From assembly GCA_964560025.1 (NCBI GenBank), contig CAZLKC010000005.1, forward strand, positions 41,102 through 105,101: 64,000 nucleotides of DNA, in the 5' to 3' direction. A program made the translations under genes and the position numbers. Of the stretch, positions 8,517 to 17,137 are shown piece by piece. Each line of letters starts with the position of its first letter. Within the stretch, counting starts at the first letter, position 1. The DNA is from an uncultured Dehalococcoidia bacterium (GTDB lineage: Bacteria; Chloroflexota; Dehalococcoidia; Lucifugimonadales; Australimonadaceae). Under the pieces are notes generated by a model that searched no databases, was not told where the DNA came from, and saw only the letters and a program-made list of their open reading frames with translations.

Positions 8517-8593
8517 TGGGGTGAGCGGAGGGAATTGAACCCTCGATCTCCAGGGCCACAACCTGGCGTCTTAACCCCTCGACCACGCCCACC
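8517..8593 (-). tRNA. tRNA-His (anticodon GTG) with encoded G-1
   Basis: GGTGGGCGTGGTCGAGGGGTTAAGACGCCAGGTTGTGGCCCTGGAGATCGAGGGTTCAATTCCCTCCGCTCACCCCA. The anticodon loop is TTGTGGC, and the extra 5' G pairs with C73. Confidence 0.9.
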
Positions 8594-8644
8594 ACGCGCT
8601 GGTCATTATACCCTCACGCGCCCGCGCAGGGCAACGGCGCGGCC

Positions 8645-10168
8645 CTACCGCGCCGCGCGCTCCGACAAGTCCTCCACCAGCTGCACCAACGTCAACACCG
8701 GCACGCCCGTCGCGCCCTTGACGACATGGCCGCGGTCCTTGTCGCTCATATTGGTGCCCGCTATGTCCAGATGCGCCCACTCGGCGCCGTCCGCGAACTC
8801 CGCGATGAACAGCGCCGCCGTGATGCTCCCCGCAGGTCTGCCTCCCGTGTTCTTCACGTCGGCCCAATCGGAGTGGATGCGCTCCTTGTACTCCTCATTG
8901 ATGGGCAGCTGCCACATCTTCTCGCCCGCCTTGCGCGACGCCGCCAGCACTGCGTCGACCAACTCCTGCGAGGAGCCCATCACGCCCGTGTTGACGTTGC
9001 CCAAGGCGACCACCATCGCGCCGGTAAGCGTGGCCACGTCCACGACGCGGCGCGCGCCCTTCTCCTTGATGGCGTAGGCGATGGCGTCCGCCAGAATCAG
9101 ACGCCCTTCCGCGTCGGTGTTGTCCACCTCGATGGTCTTGCCGTTCATCGCGCGCACGATGTCGCCGGGCCGCTGCGCCGTGCCGCTGGGCATATTCTCG
9201 ACGGCGGGCACGACGCCCAGCACGTTGACGGGGGGATTGAGCATGGCGACGGCGCGCATCGCGCCGATAATGGATGCCCCGCCGGACATGTCCCCCTTCA
9301 TCGCGCCCATATTCTCGGCGCCCTTCAAGGAGATGCCGCCGGTGTCGAACGTCACCCCCTTGCCGACGATGGCCACGTTGTTGGCGGGGTTAGACGGGTC
9401 TCCCCGGTGCTCCAGCAGGATTAAGCGCGGCTCATTGGCGCTGCCCTGCGCAACGCCGAGCAGCGCGCCCATCCCGTAGGACAGCATCTCCTCCCGCCCC
9501 AGCGCCGTGTAGGAGAGGCCAGTCTCCTCTGCGACGGCCTGCGCAATCTCGGCCATGCGGACGGGGTTGACCACGTTGGCCGGCTCGTTGGCCATGTCGC
9601 GCGTCAGCATCTCGCTGTCCGCCAGCAGGCGCGCGCGGTCGACGCCCGCTTGCAGGTCGGCGAGCTTGGCCGCGTCCTGTTCAACGATGGCGATTGACTC
9701 CACTTCCTTGCCTCTGTCGCCGTTCACCGACTTGTAGGCCGTGAAGCGGTAGAGGCCAAGGATGGAGCCGAGCGCCGTCGCCTCCGCCGATTCGCGCGGC
9801 GACAGCCCGCCGACGCCCGCGCCGTGTGCCAGCGTGGCGGCGCTGGCCGCGCCCACGCGCCGCAGGCAACGGGCGGCGTTGGCGGCGGCGGCGCGGGCGG
9901 CGTGCGCGTCGAACCGCTCCTGCTTGCCCAGCCCCGCCACGACTACGCGCTTGACCGCGAGCCGCCCGAAGGTGTGAATGACCGTCGTCTCTCCGGCCTT
10001 GCCCGTCGCCTCGCCGTCCGCGATCAGCGCGGAAATCGCGCCGTCCAGCGCCGCATCCACCGCGCCCGTGCCGCCTCCCGGCGCGGTTACTCCCTCGAAC
10101 AGGTTGACGACAATGGCGTCGGCGTTGGTCTGAACGATGTCGCCTGCGGCGGCGCTGACGGTGGCCAT
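8645..10168 (-). CDS. pepA: Leucyl aminopeptidase (M17)
   Basis: Full-length M17 pattern (…VGKGVTFDTGGISLK…NTDAEGRLILADA…). Confidence 0.92.
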   Translation of the reverse strand: MATVSAAAGDIVQTNADAIVVNLFEGVTAPGGGTGAVDAALDGAISALIADGEATGKAGETTVIHTFGRLAVKRVVVAGLGKQERFDAHAARAAAANAARCLRRVGAASAATLAHGAGVGGLSPRESAEATALGSILGLYRFTAYKSVNGDRGKEVESIAIVEQDAAKLADLQAGVDRARLLADSEMLTRDMANEPANVVNPVRMAEIAQAVAEETGLSYTALGREEMLSYGMGALLGVAQGSANEPRLILLEHRGDPSNPANNVAIVGKGVTFDTGGISLKGAENMGAMKGDMSGGASIIGAMRAVAMLNPPVNVLGVVPAVENMPSGTAQRPGDIVRAMNGKTIEVDNTDAEGRLILADAIAYAIKEKGARRVVDVATLTGAMVVALGNVNTGVMGSSQELVDAVLAASRKAGEKMWQLPINEEYKERIHSDWADVKNTGGRPAGSITAALFIAEFADGAEWAHLDIAGTNMSDKDRGHVVKGATGVPVLTLVQLVEDLSERAAR

Positions 10169-10228
10169 AAGGGCAACTCCTTCGGTGTGGATAGCGCCGC
10201 GCAGTGTCGCACACCCACGCCGGAGCGC

Positions 10229-11020
10229 CTAGCCCTCCACCGGATGCGCGGCGCAGGCGACCAGCCCTGGCCCCGTGTGCGCGCCGATGACGGGCGTGAA
10301 CTCGCCCCTGATGAGTTCCACCGGGCGCAGCTCCCGCGCAAGGTGCTCGGCCAGCGCCGCGCCCGGCTCCGGGGCGCCTCCGTGGACGACGGCGAGGCGG
10401 CAGGGCGCGCCGTTCAGCCGCTGCCGCAGGAGCGCGGTCATCCGCGAGACGGCGCGGGCGCGGCTGCGGGGCCGCTCGACCATGCCGATGCGCCCCGCGC
10501 TCAGCTCCAGCAACGGCTTGACGCCCAGCAGGTTGCCCATCCACAGCGCCGCGCGCGGGATGCGCCCACCCTTCCACAGGTAGTGCAACGTCTCCAAGTA
10601 GCCGAAGAACCACACGCTCTCGACGCGCCGCTCCGCAGCCGCAAGCACGCGGGCGGCGGACGCGCCCCCCGCGGCCAAGCGCGCCGCCTCCAAGGCCGCC
10701 AGCCCCACCGCCGCGCCCGCCGTCCGCGTGTCGATGAGGTTCACCGTGAGGCAGGGCAGCTCCTCGCGCGCCTGATCGACCGCAGCGCGAGCCGCGTCGT
10801 GCGCGGCGCTGAGGCTCGCGGAGACGGTCAGGCACACGACGTGGTCGGTCGTTCGGTGCGCGGCGCGGAACGCGTCGAGAAAGGCGCCGGGCTGCGGCGC
10901 CGACGTCGTCGGCAGGGGAGGGGGCCCCGCTTGCAGCGCGTAGAACCCGGCAGGGGACAGGTCTACGCCGTCGACGTACGTCCGGCCCGCGTGATGGATG
11001 GCGAAGGGAACGATGCTCAA
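10229..11020 (-). CDS. DegV family fatty-acid-binding protein. The coordinates give the first canonical (TTG) start, but the conserved N-terminus continues upstream to about 11098.
   Basis: DegV-like sequence throughout. The in-frame upstream codons read NVPVVVADSTASLPAEITAGLPL (the DegV signature) with no ATG/GTG/TTG in front. Confidence 0.85.
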   Translation of the reverse strand: MSIVPFAIHHAGRTYVDGVDLSPAGFYALQAGPPPLPTTSAPQPGAFLDAFRAAHRTTDHVVCLTVSASLSAAHDAARAAVDQAREELPCLTVNLIDTRTAGAAVGLAALEAARLAAGGASAARVLAAAERRVESVWFFGYLETLHYLWKGGRIPRAALWMGNLLGVKPLLELSAGRIGMVERPRSRARAVSRMTALLRQRLNGAPCRLAVVHGGAPEPGAALAEHLARELRPVELIRGEFTPVIGAHTGPGLVACAAHPVEG

Positions 11021-11099
11021 CGGCAGTCCCGCTGTTATCTCGGCGGGAAGCGACGCCGTGCTGTCCGCGACGACGACGGGAACGTTGCGGTCGTTGGGA

Positions 11100-12071
11100 C
11101 TAGGGCGCAGAGGCGCGCCGCCCCCAGGGCAAGTTCGCCCGGTCGGTCGGGTCGAGCAGAATGGGGCTAAGCACCAGCGCCAGGCTCAGCACGGTTACGG
11201 AGATGATGGTCGGCAAGCCGAGCGTCGTGTGGTACTGCGTAACCGCGAGCACGATCAGCGGAGGCATCGCGCCCAGCAGGATGAACAGCCGCCGCGAACG
11301 CTTCCCCACGCTCATGAAGAGCGCCGTGAACGCGGCGAGCGCCACGAACACCGCCGCGGTCGCAGCGTCGGTCTCCAGCGCGCGCACCTGATCGGGAATC
11401 AACGCGCCGCCCCGCCAGTGCAGCAAGAACAACCACGCCGCCATAAAGGGCACCGGCAGCGCCGCCAGCGAACCTAGCAGCCAATCGTAGGAGATCGTGC
11501 GCCGCGCCACCGCGAACACTATCAACGCACACAGCGGCGTCCACGCCGCGACCGCTACGTAGACCGTCGGCGACAACGGCGCCTCCGCGCTCGTGAAGAA
11601 CGCCCACGCGCCGTAGCCGAGCGCCGCCACCGACAGCAGCAGCGTCAACACGGGCAGAATCAGCGCGTAGCCCAGCCATGGCGCGGCCCACTTCGGCAGT
11701 CCTCGGAGCCACGCAATCGCCACCGCGCCCAGCGTAACGAGCAGGGCGACGGACACCCAGAACAACTCCACCCACAGGTGGAAGCGGAAGAGGCCTGCAA
11801 TGGCCAAGTGGGGAACCACGGCCAAGGCCATGTCCCGCCCGCGTGCGATGGCGTGGACAGAGTAGAAGCTCTCGGCTATTTGCTTGGGGTTGCCGAAGTC
11901 GCGGATCGCCCGCTCTTCCGCCGCCTCCGGCGCCATCCCCTCGCTCTCCAGCTCTTCGCGGCGCTCGGCGACGTGGCTGCTCACCTCGCTCATCACGGCC
12001 AAGCGAGTCTGCGGGTCTACGTGGAGCGACCCTTCGAGCGTCTGCAAGTAGGTGTGTGCGTCGTCGGCCAT
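11100..12071 (-). CDS. Integral membrane protein with a PadR-associated N-terminal domain (DUF1700/HAAS-like)
   Basis: N-terminus is MADDAHTYLQTLEGSL…AIRDFGNPKQIAESF, followed by about 7 TM helices. It lies immediately downstream of the PadR gene. Confidence 0.75.
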   Translation of the reverse strand: MADDAHTYLQTLEGSLHVDPQTRLAVMSEVSSHVAERREELESEGMAPEAAEERAIRDFGNPKQIAESFYSVHAIARGRDMALAVVPHLAIAGLFRFHLWVELFWVSVALLVTLGAVAIAWLRGLPKWAAPWLGYALILPVLTLLLSVAALGYGAWAFFTSAEAPLSPTVYVAVAAWTPLCALIVFAVARRTISYDWLLGSLAALPVPFMAAWLFLLHWRGGALIPDQVRALETDAATAAVFVALAAFTALFMSVGKRSRRLFILLGAMPPLIVLAVTQYHTTLGLPTIISVTVLSLALVLSPILLDPTDRANLPWGRRASAP

Positions 12072-12086
12072 TGCGCGGCTCGACCT

Positions 12087-12416
12087 CTAGCGGACAGGCT
12101 GCATGACCAAGTTAACCGCGGCGGAGAAGGTCTGCCACTCGCGGAACTTGGCGGCGAGGAACTTGCTCCCCGCCTCGGTGAGGGCGTAGTAGCGGCGCGG
12201 CTGCCCGTGCTCGGAGGGCGTCCACGAGCCGCGAATCATGCCCGACTTCTCCAACCGGTGCAGGGCGGGGTAGAGCGTCCCCTCGCGGAACTGGAAGTAC
12301 CCGGACGACCTCCGGTCCATCTCCTTCACAATCTGATAGCCGTACATCGGCTCGTCGTTCAGGAGGGCCATCAGCAGGGTCTCCGTGTTCCCCTTCAGGA
12401 GTTCCTTGTCGTACAT
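12087..12416 (-). CDS. PadR family transcriptional regulator
   Basis: LLMALLNDEPMYGYQIVKEM…GTLYPALHRLEKSGMI…RRYYALTEAG. Confidence 0.9.
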   Translation of the reverse strand: MYDKELLKGNTETLLMALLNDEPMYGYQIVKEMDRRSSGYFQFREGTLYPALHRLEKSGMIRGSWTPSEHGQPRRYYALTEAGSKFLAAKFREWQTFSAAVNLVMQPVR

Positions 12417-12612
12417 AGCAGCTCCTCGCTAGGTCAAACTAGCCTATGCGCACCGTAGCGCTCCCGCTGGGGCGCGTCAAGCCTTTGGCTCCCGCGAAAC
12501 GCGCCCCTGCCGACCCGCACCCTACGTCGGGCGAGGCGCCCCGCGCCTGTCTACGGCGTCCGGGCGGTGAGAGCCGCCCTTCTCCTCGAATGCGCCGGAG
12601 CGGGCTTTGCGT

Positions 12613-12748
12613 GAACTTCCGAACTTCCGTTCCAGAACGTCCCAGATCGTCCCATTTGCGCTGGAGGGCGCCGAGTGAAACGGGACGAAATGGGACGAAA
12701 CCGGAAAGGGTTGGGACATTTTGGGACAGGAATCGGACGATTTGGGAC
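12613..12748. repeat. Iteron-like array: GAACTTCC x2, GTCCC x2 on the top strand, then six GGGAC/CGGAC copies at 10-11-bp spacing in the opposite orientation, with nested inverted repeats
   Basis: GGGAC starts at 12682, 12692, 12713, 12723, 12734 (CGGAC) and 12744. GTCCC starts at 12639 and 12649. There is a perfect 10-bp inverted repeat (12648-12657 / 12688-12697) and a 14/16 inverted repeat (12639-12654 / 12733-12748). Confidence 0.7.
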
Positions 12749-12926
12749 AGGGCCGACGGGTCAGGCGGGGTCTGCCTGCGCCGAAGGAGGGCAGACAGCG
12801 GCAGAGAGGCTGAGGGCGCGCGCGGGGGTCATTGAGAGCATCATAGCACGAGTGTTCTGTTTGAGCAATGGCCAATGTCATTCGCAACGGCGCAGGAGGC
12901 CGCCCCGGGCTCGTACGCCAGCGCCA

Positions 12927-13193
12927 TTAGAGCGCTTCGGCGATGGCGAGGCGCAGCAGCAGGATGAGGAAGAATGCGGCGAGGACGGACAGGTCGATGC
13001 CGCTTGTTTGGGGCAGCATGCGGCGGATGGGCGCGACGATAATCTCGGTCAGTCCCACGATTGCCTCGTAGACGCGCATAAAGACTTCGTTGCGCACCCC
13101 CGCGACGACAACCCACGAGAGGATGGCGCGGATGATGAGCATTACCCAGATGATGTCCAGCAGGCGCAGGATCAACACCAGCAGCGAATCCAC
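12927..13193 (-). CDS. yggT: YggT family membrane protein
   Basis: …IIRAILSWV…APIRRMLP…GIDLSVL… is typical of YggT. Its GTG start overlaps the proC stop by 1 nt. Confidence 0.85.
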   Translation of the reverse strand: MDSLLVLILRLLDIIWVMLIIRAILSWVVVAGVRNEVFMRVYEAIVGLTEIIVAPIRRMLPQTSGIDLSVLAAFFLILLLRLAIAEAL

Positions 13194-14017
13194 TACGCCT
13201 TGCCTCCCAACTCCAGCGCGCGGCGGTAGGCCGCCTGCACCGCGTCGTCCACCAGTGCGCCGAACCCTCGCGCCTCCAGCACGTTTAACGCCGCCTCCGT
13301 CGTGCCTCCCTTGGAGGTGACCATTTCGCGCAGTCTAGCGGGCGGTTCGGGCGTCTGCGCGGCCAACTGCGCCGCGCCCAGCACCGTCCGCACCGCCATG
13401 CGCTGCGCGTCAGCCGCGCCGAACCCCAACTCTCGCGCCGAGTCGGTCAGCGCCTCCACGAAGCGAAACAGGTAGGCGGGGCCGCTGCCCGACACTGCCG
13501 TCGCCTTGTCCACCATCGACTCGTCGTCGGCGTAGAGGTGCTCGCCCAGGGCGCCGAGCAGTTCGGCGGCGCGGGCGCGGGCATCCTCACCGGCGGCGGG
13601 CGCGGCGCTCCAAACGCTGAACCCGGCGCCGATGCGAGCGGGAGTGTTCGGCATAGCGCGAATCACCGCCGCGTGGCTCAGGCCGGCGGCGATGGCGGCG
13701 ATGGGCACGCCCGCCATAATTGAGAGCACGGTTTGCGCGGGGGCGAGTCGCCCGCGCAGCCCGGCGGCGACTTCGCCGAACGATTGGGGCTTGACGGCGA
13801 GCACTATGAGCTCGGCGCCCTCGACCGCCGCCGTGTTATCGGAGGTGGCGGTGACTCGGTAGGTCTCGCGCAAGTGGGCGCGCCGCTCCTCCAACGGCTC
13901 AGCGACGCGGACGCTCCGCGCGTCGAGGCTGCCGCGGGCGAGGGCGCGGCTCACCATCGCCTCCGCCATCACGCCGCCGCCGATGAAGGCGGCGCGGCCC
14001 GGGCCGCCCACGCTCAC
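13193..14017 (-). CDS. proC: Pyrroline-5-carboxylate reductase
   Basis: FIGGGVMAEAM Rossmann N-terminus and the C-terminal motif VTSKGGTTEAAL. Confidence 0.9.
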   Translation of the reverse strand: MSVGGPGRAAFIGGGVMAEAMVSRALARGSLDARSVRVAEPLEERRAHLRETYRVTATSDNTAAVEGAELIVLAVKPQSFGEVAAGLRGRLAPAQTVLSIMAGVPIAAIAAGLSHAAVIRAMPNTPARIGAGFSVWSAAPAAGEDARARAAELLGALGEHLYADDESMVDKATAVSGSGPAYLFRFVEALTDSARELGFGAADAQRMAVRTVLGAAQLAAQTPEPPARLREMVTSKGGTTEAALNVLEARGFGALVDDAVQAAYRRALELGGKA

Positions 14018-15091
14018 CTAGACGACCTCGACGCCCTGACCGGCGGCGGCGCGCGCGGCCACCCGTATGGCGCTGAGCATGCTCCGAGGGTCCGCCACGC
14101 CCTTGCCGGCGATGTCGAACGCCGTGCCGTGATCAACCGACGTGCGCAGGAAGGGCAGGCCGAGGTTCACCGTTACGCTGTCCTCCCAACCGTGCACCTT
14201 GACGGCCACGTGCCCCTGGTCGTGGTACATCGCCAGCACCGCGTCGTAGCGCCCGTCGATGGCCTGAGTGAACACGCTGTCCGCAGGCACCGGGCCGATG
14301 GCGTCGACTCCCTCCCGCCGCGCGACCTCGACGGCGGGAGCGATGTGCTCGATCTCTTCCCGTCCCAACAGACCGCCCTCGCCGCCGTGGGGGTTCAGCG
14401 CGGCGACGCCGATGCGGGGAGAGGGTTGGCCGTGCGCGCCGAAGAAGTCGTGGGTGAGCCGCAACTTGGCCAGCACGTTCTCGCGCGTAACGTAATCGCA
14501 GGCGATGCGCAATGAACGGTGGGTGGTGAGGTGGACGGCGCGCAGGCCGCGCGTGAGCAGCATCGTCGCCACCTGCGGCGCGCCCGTTAGCGACTGGAAT
14601 ATCTCCATATGGCCGATGTCCTCATATCCCGCCAGGTGCGCCGCCTCCTTGTTGATGGGCGCGGTGACGATGGCGTCCACGCTTCCCTCCAACGCCATTC
14701 GCGCCGCCGCCAACACCCACTCGACGGACGCGCCGCCGGCCTCCGCCGACAACTCGCCCATCGGCAGCGAGGCAAGCCCGGGCGCCGCCGCCGGCTCCAC
14801 CACCGGGATGGCGCCGTGGTCGACGGCGTCGGCGGGGTCGGCCACAGGCTGGGCGCGCATAGGGGAGCCGGTGAGCGATAGGGCGCGGTCGAGCGCGGGG
14901 GCGCTGCCGACGACAACGAGGCGGGCGAGGGCTCGCGTCTCGTCGGCGGCGAACGCCTTAGCGACCACCTCGGGGCCGATGCCCGTCGGGTCGCCAAGCG
15001 TGACGGCGATGGTGGGTGCAGCGTTCACGGCGCGGGCAGTATAGCCGCCGAGGGCGTTCCGCGCGCTTGGCGCGGGGCGGCGCTGCGCCAT
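14018..15091 (-). CDS. pdxA: 4-hydroxythreonine-4-phosphate dehydrogenase
   Basis: IAVTLGDPTGIGPEV, …HGGEGG…, DHGTAFDIAGKG. The start is uncertain; an alternative GTG lies at 15028. Confidence 0.9.
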   Translation of the reverse strand: MAQRRPAPSARNALGGYTARAVNAAPTIAVTLGDPTGIGPEVVAKAFAADETRALARLVVVGSAPALDRALSLTGSPMRAQPVADPADAVDHGAIPVVEPAAAPGLASLPMGELSAEAGGASVEWVLAAARMALEGSVDAIVTAPINKEAAHLAGYEDIGHMEIFQSLTGAPQVATMLLTRGLRAVHLTTHRSLRIACDYVTRENVLAKLRLTHDFFGAHGQPSPRIGVAALNPHGGEGGLLGREEIEHIAPAVEVARREGVDAIGPVPADSVFTQAIDGRYDAVLAMYHDQGHVAVKVHGWEDSVTVNLGLPFLRTSVDHGTAFDIAGKGVADPRSMLSAIRVAARAAAGQGVEVV

Positions 15092-15189
15092 CGGGGAGAG
15101 CGTTCGTGCGACAGACGCCGCTTGGACGCGGCGCGCGGCTTGCGTATGCTTGCCTCGCCGCCGCGTGCGGACGCTAGGAGGTTCGCGCC

Positions 15190-16839
15190 GTGACCGATTG
15201 GAAGAACCGGCTCTACTTCGGGGACAACCTGCCCATCCTGCGCGAGCACGTGCCGGACGAGAGCGTCGACCTCATCTACCTCGACCCGCCTTTCAACTCC
15301 AGCGCCACCTACAACGTCCTCTTCCGCGAGGCGAGCGGGGAGGCGTCGGCGGCGCAGATCCAAGCGTTCGACGACACGTGGCACTGGGACATCGGCTCGG
15401 AGTCCGCCTACCGCTAGGTGGTCACCAAAGGGCCGAGGGCGTTGGCCGACCTGCTCCAGGCGATGCGGGGGTTCCTGGGCCGCAACGACATGATGGCCTA
15501 CCTCACGATGATGGCGCAGCGGATGATCGAGCTGCATCGCGTGCTGAAGCCGACGGGCAGCATCTACCTCCACTGCGACCCGACGGCCAGCCACTACCTG
15601 AAACTGCTGATGGACGCGGTGTTCGGAGCGGACAACTTCCGCAACGAAATCACGTGGAAGAGAACCACGAATCACAATGACGCCAGGAGAAACTACGCCG
15701 ATGTCAGCGACTACATCCTCTTCTACGCCAAGAGCGATAGATTCTTGTTCAAGGCTGCCTATACGCCGTACTCGCAAGAGCACATAGACAGCACGTACAG
15801 GTACGTCGATGAGAACAATCGGCGGTACAGCGTGCGGGACTTGCGCAGCCCGCATCCCCGGCCGAACCTGACCTATGAGTACAAGGGCTACCCGCCTCAC
15901 GCTAATGGCTGGTCTATCTCCATCAAGAAGATGGAGGAGTACGACCGGCAAGGACTCCTTCACTTTCCCAAGAAAGGCGAGGGCCGCATTCGCCTCAAGC
16001 AATACCTAGACGAAATGCCCGGGGTTCCCGCAACGAACATCTGGGACGATATCAAGCCGATCAGCTCCCAGGCCCGCGAACGCCTGGGCTACCCTACGCA
16101 GAAGCCGGAGGCGCTGCTGGAACGCATCATCAAGGCGTCCAGCAACGAGGGCGACGTGGTGCTCGACCCCTTCTGCGGCTGCGGCACGGCCATCGCCGTC
16201 GCCGAGCGCCTCGGGCGGCGGTGGATAGGGATAGACGTCACCCACCTCGCCATCTCGCTGATGAAGGGGCGGCTGCGCGACACGTTCGGCAAAGACCTGC
16301 GCCCCTACGACGTTATCGGCGCGCCGCAAGACCTGGCGAGCGCCCACGCGCTCGCCACGGAGAGCGAACACGACGGGCGCTACCAGTTCGAGTACTGGGC
16401 GCTGGGCCTGGTGGAAGCACGCCCCGCGAACAGGGGGCGTAAGGGCGCGGACGCGGGCGTGGACGGCTACATCAACTTCTTCGACGACAACTCCGGCAAA
16501 GCCAAGCGCGTGCTGGTGCAAGTGAAGAGCGGCAAGGTGCAGCGGGGCGTCATCGCAACTCTCCGGGGCGATATGGAGCGCGAGGGCGCGGAGCTAGGGC
16601 TGCTGATCACATTGGAGCCGCCGACCGAGCCGATGCTGCAAGAGGCAGTGGCGGCGGGCATCTACGTGCCGAAGCACTTCGCCTACCACGAATTCCCGCG
16701 CGTGCAGATAGCGACCATCGAGGAGTTGTTGATAGGGCAGCAGCCCTATTTGCCGCACCTGGGCTTGTCGCAGGCGCCTACCTTCCGTCAGGCGCCCCGC
16801 GACCAGACGCTGCACGAGCCGGCGCCGACGATGCTCTAG
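15190..16839 (+). pseudogene. Beta-class N6-adenine/N4-cytosine DNA methyltransferase fused to a C-terminal Mrr-like PD-(D/E)xK nuclease domain, interrupted by an in-frame TAG at 15415-15417
   Basis: ORFs 15190..15417 and 15418..16839 are in the same frame. The N-terminal piece carries DPPF (motif IV). The C-terminal piece carries [18 protein letters not shown] (motif I) and [10 protein letters not shown]…VLVQVKSGK. The junction reads …AYR-TAG-GTG-VTKGP…. Confidence 0.85.
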
Positions 16840-16918
16840 CAGGCGAGAGCACCCGTCGAGTTTCATCAGCGTAAGCGGGGCAGGGGAGCGCAAACGCTCG
16901 CCGCCCCTTACTCACGTG

Positions 16919-16956
16919 CAAAAAGATGGGCCCCGAGGCCGAAGCCTTCGGGGCCC
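16919..16956 (-). terminator. Rho-independent terminator candidate downstream of nrdJ
   Basis: The reverse strand reads GGGCCCCGAAGGC-TTCG-GCCTCGGGGCCC followed by ATCTTTTTG. It lies about 180 nt after the nrdJ stop. Confidence 0.6.
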
Positions 16957-17137
16957 GGTGGCCCACTCCCGTGGCGCGGCGAGAGGGGCCTGCGGAGGAG
17001 GGAACGAGGGACATCTCTGGGGAAAAGAGAATGCCCCGGGAGCCCGGCGCGTAGGCCGGGACATGGTTGTCGTGGAGTGCGGTTGCGCGGTGTTCGCGCG
17101 GTCAGCCGGTTCGAGCGCTCGTGCTCGAGCGGGCCGC

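Noticed and set aside
8290-8595. Short ORFs overlapping the tRNA-Arg / tRNA-His region (8290..8595, start of 8376..9077)
   Set aside because: They run straight through two cloverleaf-folding tRNA genes and are artefacts.
12613-12748. CRISPR array
   Set aside because: The repeat units are only 10-11 bp, are contiguous with no spacers, and include inverted copies. No cas genes are nearby. No other CRISPR-like periodicity was seen anywhere in the window.
12750-12810. SRP (4.5S) RNA-like motif GTCAGG…CGAAGGAGGGCAGAC
   Set aside because: It resembles the GGUCAGGUCCGGAAGGAAGCAGCC domain IV consensus only superficially. The expected symmetric-loop and GNRA-tetraloop geometry cannot be built. What remains is just a 7-bp hairpin (GTCTGCC…GGCAGAC).
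15415-15417. Idea that TAG is recoded (pyrrolysine or suppression), given two in-frame TAGs (15415 and 40213)
   Set aside because: TAG is used as the ordinary stop of many well-supported genes here, for example at 1064, 1425, 2493, 13193, 20683 and 22248. No pyl genes or PYLIS-like context are visible. Nonsense mutation is the simpler reading.
16957-17137. 50-aa ORF (MSRPTRRAPGAF…) or ncRNA in the 180-nt stretch between the nrdJ stop and its terminator hairpin
   Set aside because: The ORF is Pro/Arg-rich with no SD. I could not build a convincing conserved structure by eye. The stretch is treated as a long 3' UTR until transcript data say otherwise.
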